The position numbers and the translations under genes are program-made. DNA of 64,000 nt, taken from contig NMRA01000613.1 in the NCBI GenBank assembly GCA_002633005.1, positions 183,855-247,854 of the forward strand, given 5' to 3'. Each line of letters opens with the position of its first letter. Within the stretch, counting starts at the first letter, position 1. Below are positions 39,601-51,145 of the stretch, one piece after another. The notes beneath the pieces are model-generated. The model made no database searches, was not told the DNA's origin, and worked only from the letters and a program-made list of their open reading frames with translations. This DNA is from Phoronis australis. Lineage: Eukaryota; Animalia; Phoronida.

Positions 39601-42600
39601 AAATTTTGAGACTTCGAAAATATCCGAAGTGTTCGAGTCTTACGACGTACTACAGTAAATAGGCCTACATAAAAACAAAAGTAACGTTGAGCGTTGAAAT
39701 GCACCCACGAAGGCACCGCAACGATGTGCTTTTAGGGGTGTATATTTGCATCATAAATATGGCATTTAAATGGCTCAGAATACATTGAACCCATCCAAAA
39801 ATGGGAAGGTATCATCGGCTCTCAAAATTATTTGCCAAGTTTAATGAAAATCCCTCAACGATCTCCAAAGATACAAGGGAAAACTTAAAAAAGAAACAAA
39901 ATGCCACTAGGAACCACAGCAGTAGTCGAATCCACCCATCTGCAGCCAAGTTTTATTAAAATAAGAACACAACTGCAAAATTTCAAAAACATATTGTAAG
40001 GGATTTAGGAGATACAGCCTTTGATGCAAAAAATGTCACTATGTTGCACCACAGTAGCTAGACCAGTTTGAAAATCAACACCAGTCATGCTCTCAGTAGG
40101 AACACACCTGCTAATTTATAATGCTCTGCGTGGTTTGGGAAATAAAGAAGCAGAAGACAAGAAAGCCGACTAAAAACAATTAAAATTCCAATAGTTGGTA
40201 CAGAATACGTCGAATCCATCACAAAAAGGAAAGATGATGTCGTCTTCATAATAGAAGTTTGCCCAATTGCATGAAAAGGGATCAAGGAACTCTGAAGTTA
40301 CAGAAATAAAAGTAAAAAATAAAATTTCCATCATGGAGCACAGCTGTAGTTGGATAGGTCTAAAACTGGCCGTCATCAGTTGCCACCTCCATAGGAACAC
40401 GTCTGCAAAATTTCAGGAAGATCTTGCTAAGGGTAAGGAGATACAGCCGTGGACGCAAAAATTGCCGATAGGAGGGGCCAGAGTAGTTGAACACGTCCGA
40501 AAATCAACGTCACCCTCCGTCCTCTCTTCAGGAACACATCTTCGTTTTTTTTTCTAATGATCCTTAGTGCAGTTTGGTGGACGGATAGGGTGATGTCAAA
40601 AAAAGTACTCAAAAGTGTCAAAATGGCTAAAGAGTCGGACAGAATACATCAAATCTACTCGAAAACGAGAAGGCGTCGTTGTCTCCCTAATAGAAGCCTA
40701 CATGTACTTATTAAATTTCAAAAAAATCTGCCAACGAGTTTCAAAGATACAGACGACAAAAAAAATGCCACTAAGGAGGTGGCTAGGGCACAGTGGAAGT
40801 CGGTTCCATCCAAATGTCGTTGTTGTCAGTTGTCAACTTCACATAAGTACACTTGTGAAATTTATTAAAGATCCTGAAGACAGTTTGGGAGAAACAACCA
40901 TGGATGTAAAAGACTGCTACTAGGAGGTAGTCTGAGTGGTCCGAAAATCATCATCCGCCATCCTCTTCACAGTAGAAACAAAAACGCCAATTTTCCTCTT
41001 TGGAGTGGTTTGGTGGAACGAGGGCGGACGCTCAAAACAGACTAGAAAACAGTGACAATGGCCACTAGATGGCGCAAAATACGTCAAATCCATCCGAAAA
41101 CGGGAACATTTCATAGTTTTTAATAGAATGCTATTCACCAAATTTCATAAAAATCCATCAAGGAACTTCAGAGAAACAGAGGAAAACAGAAGAAAACAAA
41201 ATTGCTACTAGTGGGCACAGTGTTCGTCGGATCCGTCTGAAAGTCGTCGTCGCCAACTTCATATAAATACACTTATTAAACTTAAAAAGATCGTGCCGTG
41301 GGAGATACAGCTGTGGACGCAAAAACAAAACTGCCTCTAGGAGGCGCCATAGTAGTCGAAGTTGAAAAATCATCGTCAACCGTCCTCTTTACAATAAGAA
41401 CATAAAGGGCTTATGCCAATTTTCAAAATCATCTTTAGTGTGGTTTCGTTGATGGAGGGGCGGACGCCAAAACAGACTCGAAAATAATAAAAAATGGCCA
41501 CTGGGTGGCGCGAAATAACTCGAATCCAACCGAAAAATGGAGGATAGCGTCATCTTAGTTGAGGACCTTTAAAGATACAGAGGCAAACGTAAAAAACTTA
41601 AATTGCCACTAGGGGCACACTGGCAGTCGGATCCATCTGAAATTCGGCGTCATCCGTCATCAGCTTCTTAGGAACACATCTGCAGATTATCATCAAGCTG
41701 TGAGGGGCTTAGGCGATACACTGGCGGCGGGCGCCGGACGCCGGATGCCAGACGCCCAAACAGAGATGACGGTAATATGCACCCATGCACATATAAATAT
41801 GTGGGGGCAAAAAATAAACGAATTGGTTGGCACTTACGGGCACAACCCCTACGGTACAATAATAATTATATGACATCTTTAACGCTGACTCACAGATCTT
41901 TCGCGTGGAACCAAAGCTGCCTTGATTTTATGCCCGCCGTGCACCCTGGTGACCAGAACAAGAGTACTGAGGTTGCAGATATCGTAATCGTCGAGGTATT
42001 TGTCTTTCGCCGTATTTGAGTCCAGCTGTTTACCTGAACGATTTGCCATACGCATTATTCAAATTTGCCATAAACAAATCATCTGTCGACTAAATAAGTT
42101 ATGATTCATTGAGAAGACTGATCTGAGAGTATTGCTTATACGTTAATATGTCTGACTTTGAGATTAAATGACAAGGCACCAGCAGAGGGGAGGGTATATA
42201 AGGTGGCTCCACTCGGGTGCTAAGCATAGCCTCAAACACTGACGAGCTCTCAGTTCTTCTGAAGCGCAGAATTCGATTCTAACTTCGACAAGGAACCGAC
42301 TGCGACGGCACTGAAGCTCTCAGATGGGTAGCCAACCCCTTCTGACTGAAGCGTGATTTTTGGAAACGTTTTTGTCTAGCAAATGCTCTGGAAGTTCGCT
42401 TTCCGCGACCCCCGAAAGCATACATGTACGAAATGACATTATTATTATTACAAGGTCCATGTCTGTGACACTGCTCTTATAGTAATAATTTTCAGTGACG
42501 TGGTATAAAAATACAACATTATCTTCAAACAACTCTTTTGCCGTGTATAGGACACATCTTGCCGTCAATTCTGCTGTTCGATATTTCGTCATATTTTCAC

Positions 42601-43903
42601 GGTGTGAAAGAGTAATTATTTAACGTTGACATGTGTTATTTGACATGACCATTTTTATGACGTCGTCTAGCAACATGCTCTTCCCCTCCCCTGTACGCGC
42701 TTGTTAAGATGGTGGTAATTGTGAAAGATACTGCCTACGTCGCTTACTTCAGCTGTTATTAAAAATATAAAATAGCACTTAGGGGAAAATGCTGTTTACT
42801 ATATTAAGTGATTACATGTACCTGCATACAGCAATATCATTTCCTTGGATTTGAGACCGACCTCCTTCCCAACCATGCTTATGAGTTTGTCAATAGTGTC
42901 ATTCTGTAATTTACAAAAGTTACATTTCAACGATAAAACGGTGAAGAGCAGTCTGCTATTTGAAACCTCCAAAATGTGATTTTCCCACAGACATCGTGAC
43001 CACGAACAGAAGCATTTGCATTTCATCGGCAGCCGCCCGAAGCGAAAGGTTACGGCGAGAAAACAAGCCAAAGTTATATTCGAAGAATAAACAACATATT
43101 TCAAAGTTAAGAATGGTGTTATGAAATTCGATGACAGGCCAGTTTATTTCCTAATCAGACCGAGAACAAAAAATTTTTCCTTAGTGACAAGGCTCCATGG
43201 TATTGTGTGTCTTGTATAGAATACTACCTGAATATTCAACTGTCTTGTAAGCGTGATGCTAGCAAAGGATCAAAATGAAATAATTTATGAAAATGTCATT
43301 TAAAAGTCGTGTTTACAAAAATCCACTAGGAGTAAGTAAACCTTGGTGTCACGTACTGCGGAATCTTTAAACTTGAAAATTTGAATTGCTTTTTCAGTGG
43401 GTAAAACCCAATGTTCAAAGGTTTTGAGCGCCTTCACACTTCTATGCAGAATACTGTGAACCGAGATTAGTTCACCTGATTGATTGCCTGGACGGCTCGT
43501 CTCGTCGCCTCAAACCTGAATTAGTTCAGTTTACTTCTATAGGTAGCGCTGAAATTAACGGTAGGAGTTAGGATCCTCCCGTCGGCGAACCTTTTCTGGC
43601 GTGAAAGGATTGAACGGTTGGACTGAAAGATGAATTGTGGGCGAAAATTAAGTTTCTTATCCCAAAGCTAAAATATCTCATCCAAGGGCCATCTCCCATG
43701 TAGCTTGTTTTACGGAAAGATCCCCCGATAAATATCTGTTGTGGATAAACAGAAGAAGAGCAATCCAACATGGCGGTTACACGATGATGAACAATACAGT
43801 GCATGCAAGAACTTTAGTTATTTACCTTATTGATGAAGAAGTTTAAAACTTTCCCTTTATATCCGTGGACGAAAAATTGCAAGTTTTTCTTTTCTCCCGA
43901 CAT
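34004..43903 (-). CDS. Ubiquitin-like domain (di-Gly)-RING1-IBR-RING2 RBR E3 ligase fusion, ~358 aa; exons 43903-43826, 42903-42822, 42033-41894, 35917-35821, 35336-35148, 34494-34004
   Basis: All five introns are GT-AG with matching phases; total 1077 nt. Ubl: LQFFVHGYKGK..NDTIDKL..ILLYAGKQLD..LDDYDICNLSTLVLVTRVHGG, followed by RBR Cys/His patterns. Confidence 0.88.
36532..39579. mobile_element. Non-autonomous P-like TIR element in intron 3, with nested MITEs
   Basis: CATAGACAT..ATAGACCGGGCG..GACGCCATATTGGAGAGTGT is mirrored at 39505-39579; 8-bp TSD CCTTTGAT at 36524-36531 and 39580-39587. Confidence 0.8.
37493..37920. mobile_element. GC-rich MITE with a CATG-terminal MITE (37544-37815) nested at a TA
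   Basis: The host matches the reverse complement of 11398-11563; the insert has inverted termini. Confidence 0.75.
39672..41812. mobile_element. Helentron-associated (HINE-like) element with an internal ~145-bp tandem array
   Basis: AAACAA..ATGCACCCA at the left end; GACGCC microrepeat plus ATGCACCCA..TGGGGGCAAAAA at the right end; 13 degenerate units anchored on ATGCCACTAG. Confidence 0.6.
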
Positions 43904-44496
43904 CTTGAAAGCGGCGTTGATCGAGCAGTCGTCGAGCTACATGTACAACTGCCTTCGGTGACAACAGGAAATTTTAGTTGTAGTGATGACTGGAATTTCC
44001 CAAACTTGAGTTGCCCTGCCTGGATTTTCCCAAAAGTTATTTTTGCTGTTCTCAGTTTACACAGTCATCAGACATCGGGGAGTTTTTGATGTACTCGAAC
44101 TTGCGGGAAATTTTACAACATACTTGAATTGATAGAAGTGAACTTCTGAATAGGTGCATCGACAGTCGGTGAGTTACGAAATGTCCACTAAACGGTGAGT
44201 TTTTCAGACACGTTTTTTTACTTGATTTAAACATTGCACTGTTAGCATTTCTATGGACTAATTGTCACATGTACTATGCGTTGAAGAAGTTTGATTCTAG
44301 GTCACTTAAAGGGTCTAAGATTTTGCGTCTTTACTGAGATTCCTTGTTTAAAAATCTCAGCTTTCTCGAAACAGTCATAGGCCTACTCTTACCGTAGAAA
44401 ATTCCCAAGAATTTCAAGACAGCCAATCTCAATGAATGAAAGTCCTCTCAATCTTTAAGAGAGATATGGACATGCTCTCTACTTTTAAGATTAATG
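43904..44496. promoter_or_regulatory. Putative bidirectional promoter with NF-kB-type sites
   Basis: Minus-strand GGGAAATTCC (43992-44001), GGGAAAATCC (44022-44031) and GGGAATTTTC (44397-44406); CCAAT at ~44423; lies between divergent genes. Confidence 0.55.
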
Positions 44497-44895
44497 NNNN
44501 NNNNNNNNNNNNNNNNNNNNNNNNNNNNNNNNNNNNNNNNNNNNNNNNNNNNNNNNNNNNNNNNNNNNNNNNNNNNNNNNNNNNNNNNNNNNNNNNNNNN
44601 NNNNNNNNNNNNNNNNNNNNNNNNNNNNNNNNNNNNNNNNNNNNNNNNNNNNNNNNNNNNNNNNNNNNNNNNNNNNNNNNNNNNNNNNNNNNNNNNNNNN
44701 NNNNNNNNNNNNNNNNNNNNNNNNNNNNNNNNNNNNNNNNNNNNNNNNNNNNNNNNNNNNNNNNNNNNNNNNNNNNNNNNNNNNNNNNNNNNNNNNNNNN
44801 NNNNNNNNNNNNNNNNNNNNNNNNNNNNNNNNNNNNNNNNNNNNNNNNNNNNNNNNNNNNNNNNNNNNNNNNNNNNNNNNNNNNNNNNNNNNNNN
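44497..44895. other. Assembly gap (probably hides E2 exon 1)
   Basis: Run of N. Confidence 1.
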
Positions 44896-44931
44896 GTAAA
44901 TTTTAGTTTGCTTTATTTACCTCATATCCAG

Positions 44932-45734
44932 GATATCTAAGGAGCTAAGTCACCTGCAGAAAAATAAACCATGGGGCATAACTGTGACCCCGGATGGCGA
45001 CAGTCTCCATAACTGGATTGCACTTCTTCCTGGTCCACCTGGATCTCCATATGAAGGTATAGTGTACGTGCGTTTAATTTCGCTTCAAGTTTTTTCTCAA
45101 GATTTCATCCCCGTGTAACACACACCACTGACTTGGTAAAAACTTTGAGAGTGGAACGTGGAGTATAGGGTCAACTAGTAGTAACATGGGAGGCACAGCA
45201 CTTAAAAATGGGGGAAGGGCTTTAGCCCCCAGCCCCCCTGTGGTGCACCGTCCATGGACCATGGGCGCCGGAGCACTGGAAAAAGTGGGGAGCTACAGCC
45301 CCTCCCAGCCCCCTATATGGTGCGCCTCCCATGAGTAAGGCTATATTTAGTTTTAAAATGACATAACTGAGTACCACGTCCTTTTAAGTAATTGTTTCAC
45401 GTTGTATGCTTAATTTCCAGGGTCCTCATTCAAATTACGCATAACGTTACCGTCGAACTACCCATACGATCCTCCAGCAGTAAATTTCATCACGCCTATC
45501 TACCATCTTAACGTCAGCGCTGACTGGGGTCACGTGTGCATGGGTATTACGTCAGAGGAACTGTGGGAGGCAACTGATAGGATTGAAAGTGTCCTGAACT
45601 CGTTGTACGCCATACTGCAAAATCCGCAACCGGACAACGCCGCTGACCAATCGCTTTTACAAACATTTGTGAAACAGAGATACGAGTACGACAGGATGGC
45701 AAGAATGAGTGCAGAGAAAGCTAAGGAAACCTGA
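44932..45734 (+). CDS. Divergent ubiquitin-conjugating enzyme E2 (UBE2L3-like features); exons 44932-45056 and 45421-45734; start not visible
   Basis: RISKEL..WIALLPGPPGSPYEG|SSFKLRITLPSNYPYDPPAVNFITPIYHLNVSADWGHVCM..W..NPQPDNA; catalytic Cys present. Confidence 0.92.
45185..45333. mobile_element. Two ~70-bp CATGGG...CCATG mini-MITEs in the E2 intron
   Basis: Shared GCACTGGAAAAAGTGGGG core; a further copy at 47958-48030. Confidence 0.6.
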
Positions 45735-47697
45735 CGGAACACGATAACATTACTTTGTTTGCACACATTCCGTTTGGGACGTATTACACAAATGATTCAG
45801 ATTGATGATCTACTATATTCAAACAGTGTCATGTGCAGAATGATAGTTAAACGCAGGACGTGCCAGCTAAACAAAATAGGAGACGTTAGCAGGCTGCTTT
45901 ATTGGCTGTATTGAGAGAGGCCGTTAATTAGTTATTTATTTAAAATGTTTCAATTTTAAAATTATTTTGCACCACAACAGTGCATGAGGTAAAAGCATTA
46001 TTGTTACATTGACAAGGTCACAGAGTAACATTTACAAAATCTTTGTTGCGACAGATCTAATTCATGACATCATCGGACCAACCACGGTTAATGTTTAACA
46101 TTACAACAAAAATATGCAAAACAAAGATCAATTCTGAAACAAAGAAACATTGTAATAAAACCGGATGCCACACGTACCGTGTTTAATTTTGATCTGCTTC
46201 TGATCTGAAGCTTTGTCACGAGGAAATGACATTCGCGATTTCTTTCGAAAGTAGCCGTCTTGAATTTTAATATCCATTTGAATTTTTCATTTATAAGCTG
46301 TTAAAGATCTGATTAGAGTAGACGATTAGACTTGTTCTCTTTAGTTTGATGCCATAACAAATGAAAGAAAAAGGTATTCCTGACGAGACCGTTGACTGCT
46401 AGACGACATTTATACACTGTTGTAGTACTCAACGGGGCAATATCGGGTTTACTGCTGAAAAAACACATTTTTGGATCATCGTTGGATGGCACAGACTTCT
46501 TAAAGTTATTGGTTTGTGATTTTATGACAAATCGCTAATTGTCACTGTTGTGTGTCACTCGGACATTCGCGGATTTCAAAGCCGGTAACTTCGCCGTTTA
46601 AATACACTTAAAGCCACATTAAACCAGTCCTTCATGTTAAAAAACAAGGTTTATTGAGTTAAGCAGCATGCAATAGTCCTAATGAAACTGGTCTCATCGT
46701 GTTGAGTTTAGAAGTGACCTCTGGAATTGAGAAACTGTCAGTTAGTTACTTTTTCAGGCCAAGACAAGAACTTTTCATAGGCCACGCAGTAATCAGAGAA
46801 TTTAGAGCTTGGCGTAAAGAAGTAGATAACAGCCAGTTCTTCCCAAGCACACACTTCTCTTCTAATCTCGTTAAGGAACGAGACGGGACCAATTTTATAG
46901 CGGTTAGTGGTCAACTCGCTTCTTGACCGCTGGTTTGGATGCCGCTATAAAACACGCTGCCAACCGTCTGGAGTGAAGCTCCGCTAGCGGAGTGTTAAGA
47001 TTGCGACCATGGGAGTTGAGAAGTTGCAAATTTGGTGCCGGGATGATTTCATAAAGTATTTTTTTTCGCCGGCGATAAAAATTGAACAAAATGTACCCGA
47101 CCACATGACGTGACCAGGTTATGGAATCTTAAATAGAATTTAATGCATGAAAAAGGCCTTTCGAAATCGTTTACAAACCACAAACGAGCATTGCTCGGTT
47201 TAAAACAGTGAACCGATAAATTAGTACCGAGGTGGTTTGATTAAAACTACTGTAAACCAAATTTTCATCACATAACTAACTTACTACTTTTAATACAGAC
47301 TACCTAGCGTTACAAAGCCCGTTTCAACGTGTTCTTTGCCGTTTGGGCTTTGGACTCGAACAATTCGTTGTATAGAGCTGGCGCCACGAAGGTGACGGTG
47401 AATATATAAAGTGGGCCTAACAAGGGAGAAGAGTGCGACAGCTACTGTGCATGGTCTTGCATAGAGAACGGTCAGAAATATTTCTTCACGAGTTTATTTA
47501 GCACGCGAGCCGAGTACATATCAGTATAACCAAGTTTACAAAGCGAACAAGATGCAACAACTACATGTACTGGGTACGTACAGTGACGTATGCACGAATG
47601 ACGTACTGCTGGGAACTGGAAACACAAGGTAATCTTGTGTGTAACCCCACCGACAAGATGAAGTCAAAATAGACTTAACTGAGCAGTAAAGTGAATT

Positions 47698-48195
47698 AAA
47701 GCGGGACTGAGGCTTCGCAGCTACAATAATGTTCTATATTATCGTGTGAAGCAGGCTACACAGCTACTGTCATGTACTCATGGGGCCTACCCAGGATTTT
47801 GAGTTAGGGGGGCCAGGGCAAAGTATTAGCCAGGATTCTGCCTGTCAGACATTCGCACCCCCGAACTTCCAAATGGAATCCGAGAATTTTAGAGAGGGGG
47901 GTGCATGGCCATGGCCCCCTTGGCCCCCCTCTAAATCCACCGCTGGTAATAGCCATACATGGGCGGCGCAGCACTGGAAAAAAGTGGGGGGGTATAGTCC
48001 CCCCCAGCCCCTTATGGGTCGCCGCCCATGCTATAAAGCGTGACTGAAGCTACACAGCTACTGTCATGTACCAAAAGCGGGTCTGAGGCAACGCAGCTAC
48101 TGTCATGTATTGTAACGCGTGACTGAGGCTACACAGCTTCTGTCATGTACTATAAACCCTGACTGAGGCTACACCGGCCGCTACTGTCTTGTACT
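47698..48195 (+). repeat. ~40-bp minisatellite interrupted by composite MITEs (47779-48030)
   Basis: Unit TATAAAGCGTGACTGAGGCTACACAGCTACTGTCATGTAC; the insert is flanked by a duplicated CT. Confidence 0.8.
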
Positions 48196-49321
48196 ATGTA
48201 CATAAAATTACAGCTGTCGGCAGTTAGTATTAACAAGTAGTTAACACTGAACTACTGTTGCAGTTTTCCCACCTAGGGCTCAACTCAACACAAATGTCAT
48301 GAGAACAATTTCCACTTAGAGGTTAGAGCACAATTGCACTTCTCTGACATTCACCATTTTTATTGGTAATCATCTTCTATAGATAATCAAATGAACATAA
48401 ACTAAACTGTGTTATACATGTAAATCACTATGCAACTGCAGTGCAATGGATTCAAGCACACATATACATGCAGCACTGGTCACCTGTCCTCTACATGAAG
48501 CTCGTCAGCTGAGCGTCTGGTTGCAGCCGCGTAGTGACCAAGTTCGGGGAAGTGATCAAAGTTCATCTGCTGGCATTCATGTGAGCACTCCTGTACATGT
48601 AATTGCTGCATGGAAGTTGTTATCTAAGGTTTTTATACCGCTGACAGGCTCAAGGCCGAAACCAATGAGAACTAGGATTCCTCTTTAAATCATATAAATG
48701 ATAGTATGACTATTCGATCTGTAAACAACAAATTACAAAACATTAGAAACTAATTAATCTAAATAACAATTACTTGTCAAACGCTATTTATAATTCCGAT
48801 ATAAACGTTAATTACCGTAATAAGATTCCTAGCTTATTATTTTGGTAAATCTAAACACATTACTGATCTAATTTCCATGATAACTGCATCATATTCAAAC
48901 ATACTTGTATTAAACTATTTAAACTTTCGTTATTTCTTATTCACGCTATTTTTCATAATAGTCAAACATATTTCTGAGCTTTCTATTNAATATTTTATTC
49001 TCCTAATTTCATCATAAAATGTGAATGACTACAACGGAAAACAAAATTAAGGAATGAAACATTGTTATTCGTTTGTTAAACTATTATAACGCATTTTTTA
49101 TTTTTAACAGCACAACCCAGTCAGGCTATAGAATACGATCTTATTGTGACGAAAGCAATTATCGAACAAAAGAGAGCTGTCCCTCTAACCATAAAAACAA
49201 GTAGCAATTCAGTTTATCAATCGTGTAACATATATTGGCGACTGATCAACCAGCCTGTATACAATCGAAAATTTGGGGTCAATTGGAGAGCGCAATTCAT
49301 CCTCGCTCAACTGACCCGGTT

Positions 49322-51145
49322 TCACTGTGAAAAATTGTCTACAGATAAAAACAACTGAAGGTGAACTGGTGGCATTTCACTATATATGGAGCATGATGTG
49401 TTTGGCTCGACAAACCGAAGTACAGTACTGAAACATGTTCGTGAAAACTCAAAAATCTCTCTCATGATTCCCGCGTCATGCTCTTGGAACCTTTCATCAA
49501 TAGCTACTACAACTACTGTGGAGTTGTCTGGCATCTGTGCTCTTAAAGAAACTCCGACAAACATAAAAAATCTTTCACTAAAATAGGCGCACTGAAAGCC
49601 ATCTCGAAATTGGCTGGATATGAAGACTAACTGGTTCAAACAAACCAATCTTCCCTCTACAATAGACGCCTACAACACTTACTGATACAATGTAGTTACA
49701 CAGGTCTTCATCATCAAACCGCATCATACGTGTACATCAGTGAACCTTTAATCCCAGAATATTGAATCTTTGCATTCCCAGTGTCAACACAACAAAACAG
49801 ATAGCCTGCAGTTTTAGATTTTTAGCATCCTATCTTTGGAACTCAATAGACAACCCATCAAAAAAAAAAAAAAAAACGCAAAAACACTTCAAACTTTCCA
49901 ATCACGGAATCCAAAAATTTAGAGACCAGTCTATTTTTGTGTAATTTACTTTAAGCTTTTTATACTTTATTTATCAGTTTATTTTATCTCATACTATTTA
50001 CTTGCTAGACTTTAGTTTTATATTTGTCACATCTTACAACTGCAAATTTGAATTTTCATCTATTCGCTAGTTTCGTGGTAAATGTATATACATGTATATG
50101 TCGAGTTCATATTGTATCTCAACGTAGCAATTATTTATCGACATCTATGAAGTTATTTACTTCACGTAACTCATTACACTTTCATTACCTAGTGTTCTAG
50201 ATTACAATGGTTCATGTATTTTTTGTTAGTCAGCTTCTCCCCTTTTAGCTCCTACTAGTATCTTTTCATTTTATAAATAGCTGTGTATTTGTGCATGTGT
50301 AAATAACCCTTGCTATTTTTGTTATAAATTTAATACCCTTGCTTCATCCAACTAGCCTTAAGCTGCTTTTTGTATTTGTGAATGCGCGCGTTTAAATAAA
50401 GATGTATGGTGTGTGTATGTAATCATACTGCAAGACCAACGTCCCCATATCAGTTGATACTGTCAAACAGATGTTGGCCGAGTCCCAGTTGAATGACCCA
50501 CGACTTACAATGCACCGGGATTTTCCCAAACACTATGTGGTATCATCTATGGGATTTTTTGTAGTCATTTCCCCTGGAGATTTTATGATTCTTAGTAAGA
50601 GTTCTTCAGTAACGACGGTTGATGCATTATTTCAACAACTCCAAGAATCACCAAAAATGTTAATGTCAACAAGAAAATTAACATACATGTACAAAGGTTT
50701 CCAAAACTTAACAAAGAAAAGTTTATTTCGGCTATGAATGCTTACCTAATCCACAGTTAGGACGGGAGAAGCAATTGAAACGTTTCATAATAGAAATCAG
50801 CAACTCCATCACTTTGTTGTACTTCTTGTTCATTTCCAAATTTTGCTCCTTCAAAAAATTCATAATCAGGTTCGTCTGGTCACGAGAACCCGTTTCGATG
50901 GCGATCCCAACATCTTTTGCCAATTTCACGATTTGCCGCGTTACCTCAATCGAGTGCTCTCGCACGGTCTCTCGTGTTTTTTCATGTTCATCCAGAATTG
51001 TGACTACGGTGTATTTGGTTTGTTGATGAGCTACGTCTTGAAGAGAATGGCACACATCGTCACTGCAACCTTGGATATGTTTCAAAGTCTTGGAGTAGTG
51101 CTTTACTAAGACATCTTGTAAATGTTCGTTGGCTTCACCAGGCAT
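49322..51145 (-). CDS. Orphan ~244-aa protein with a helical/coiled-coil N-half; exons 51145-50746 and 49656-49322
   Basis: Two long ORFs joined in frame by a phase-1 gtaagc...tgtag intron; ATG in caacaATG context. Candidate upstream exons at 52133-52115 and 52694-52650. Confidence 0.6.

Noticed and set aside
39900-41700. CRISPR-like periodicity (also 47698-48195)
   Set aside because: Whole units are homologous with no unique spacers; no cas genes; eukaryotic context.
42195-42330. TATA box and ATG G|GT as E2 exon 1
   Set aside because: It lies inside an intron of the Ubl-RBR gene, and its phase (1) does not match the E2 exon (2).
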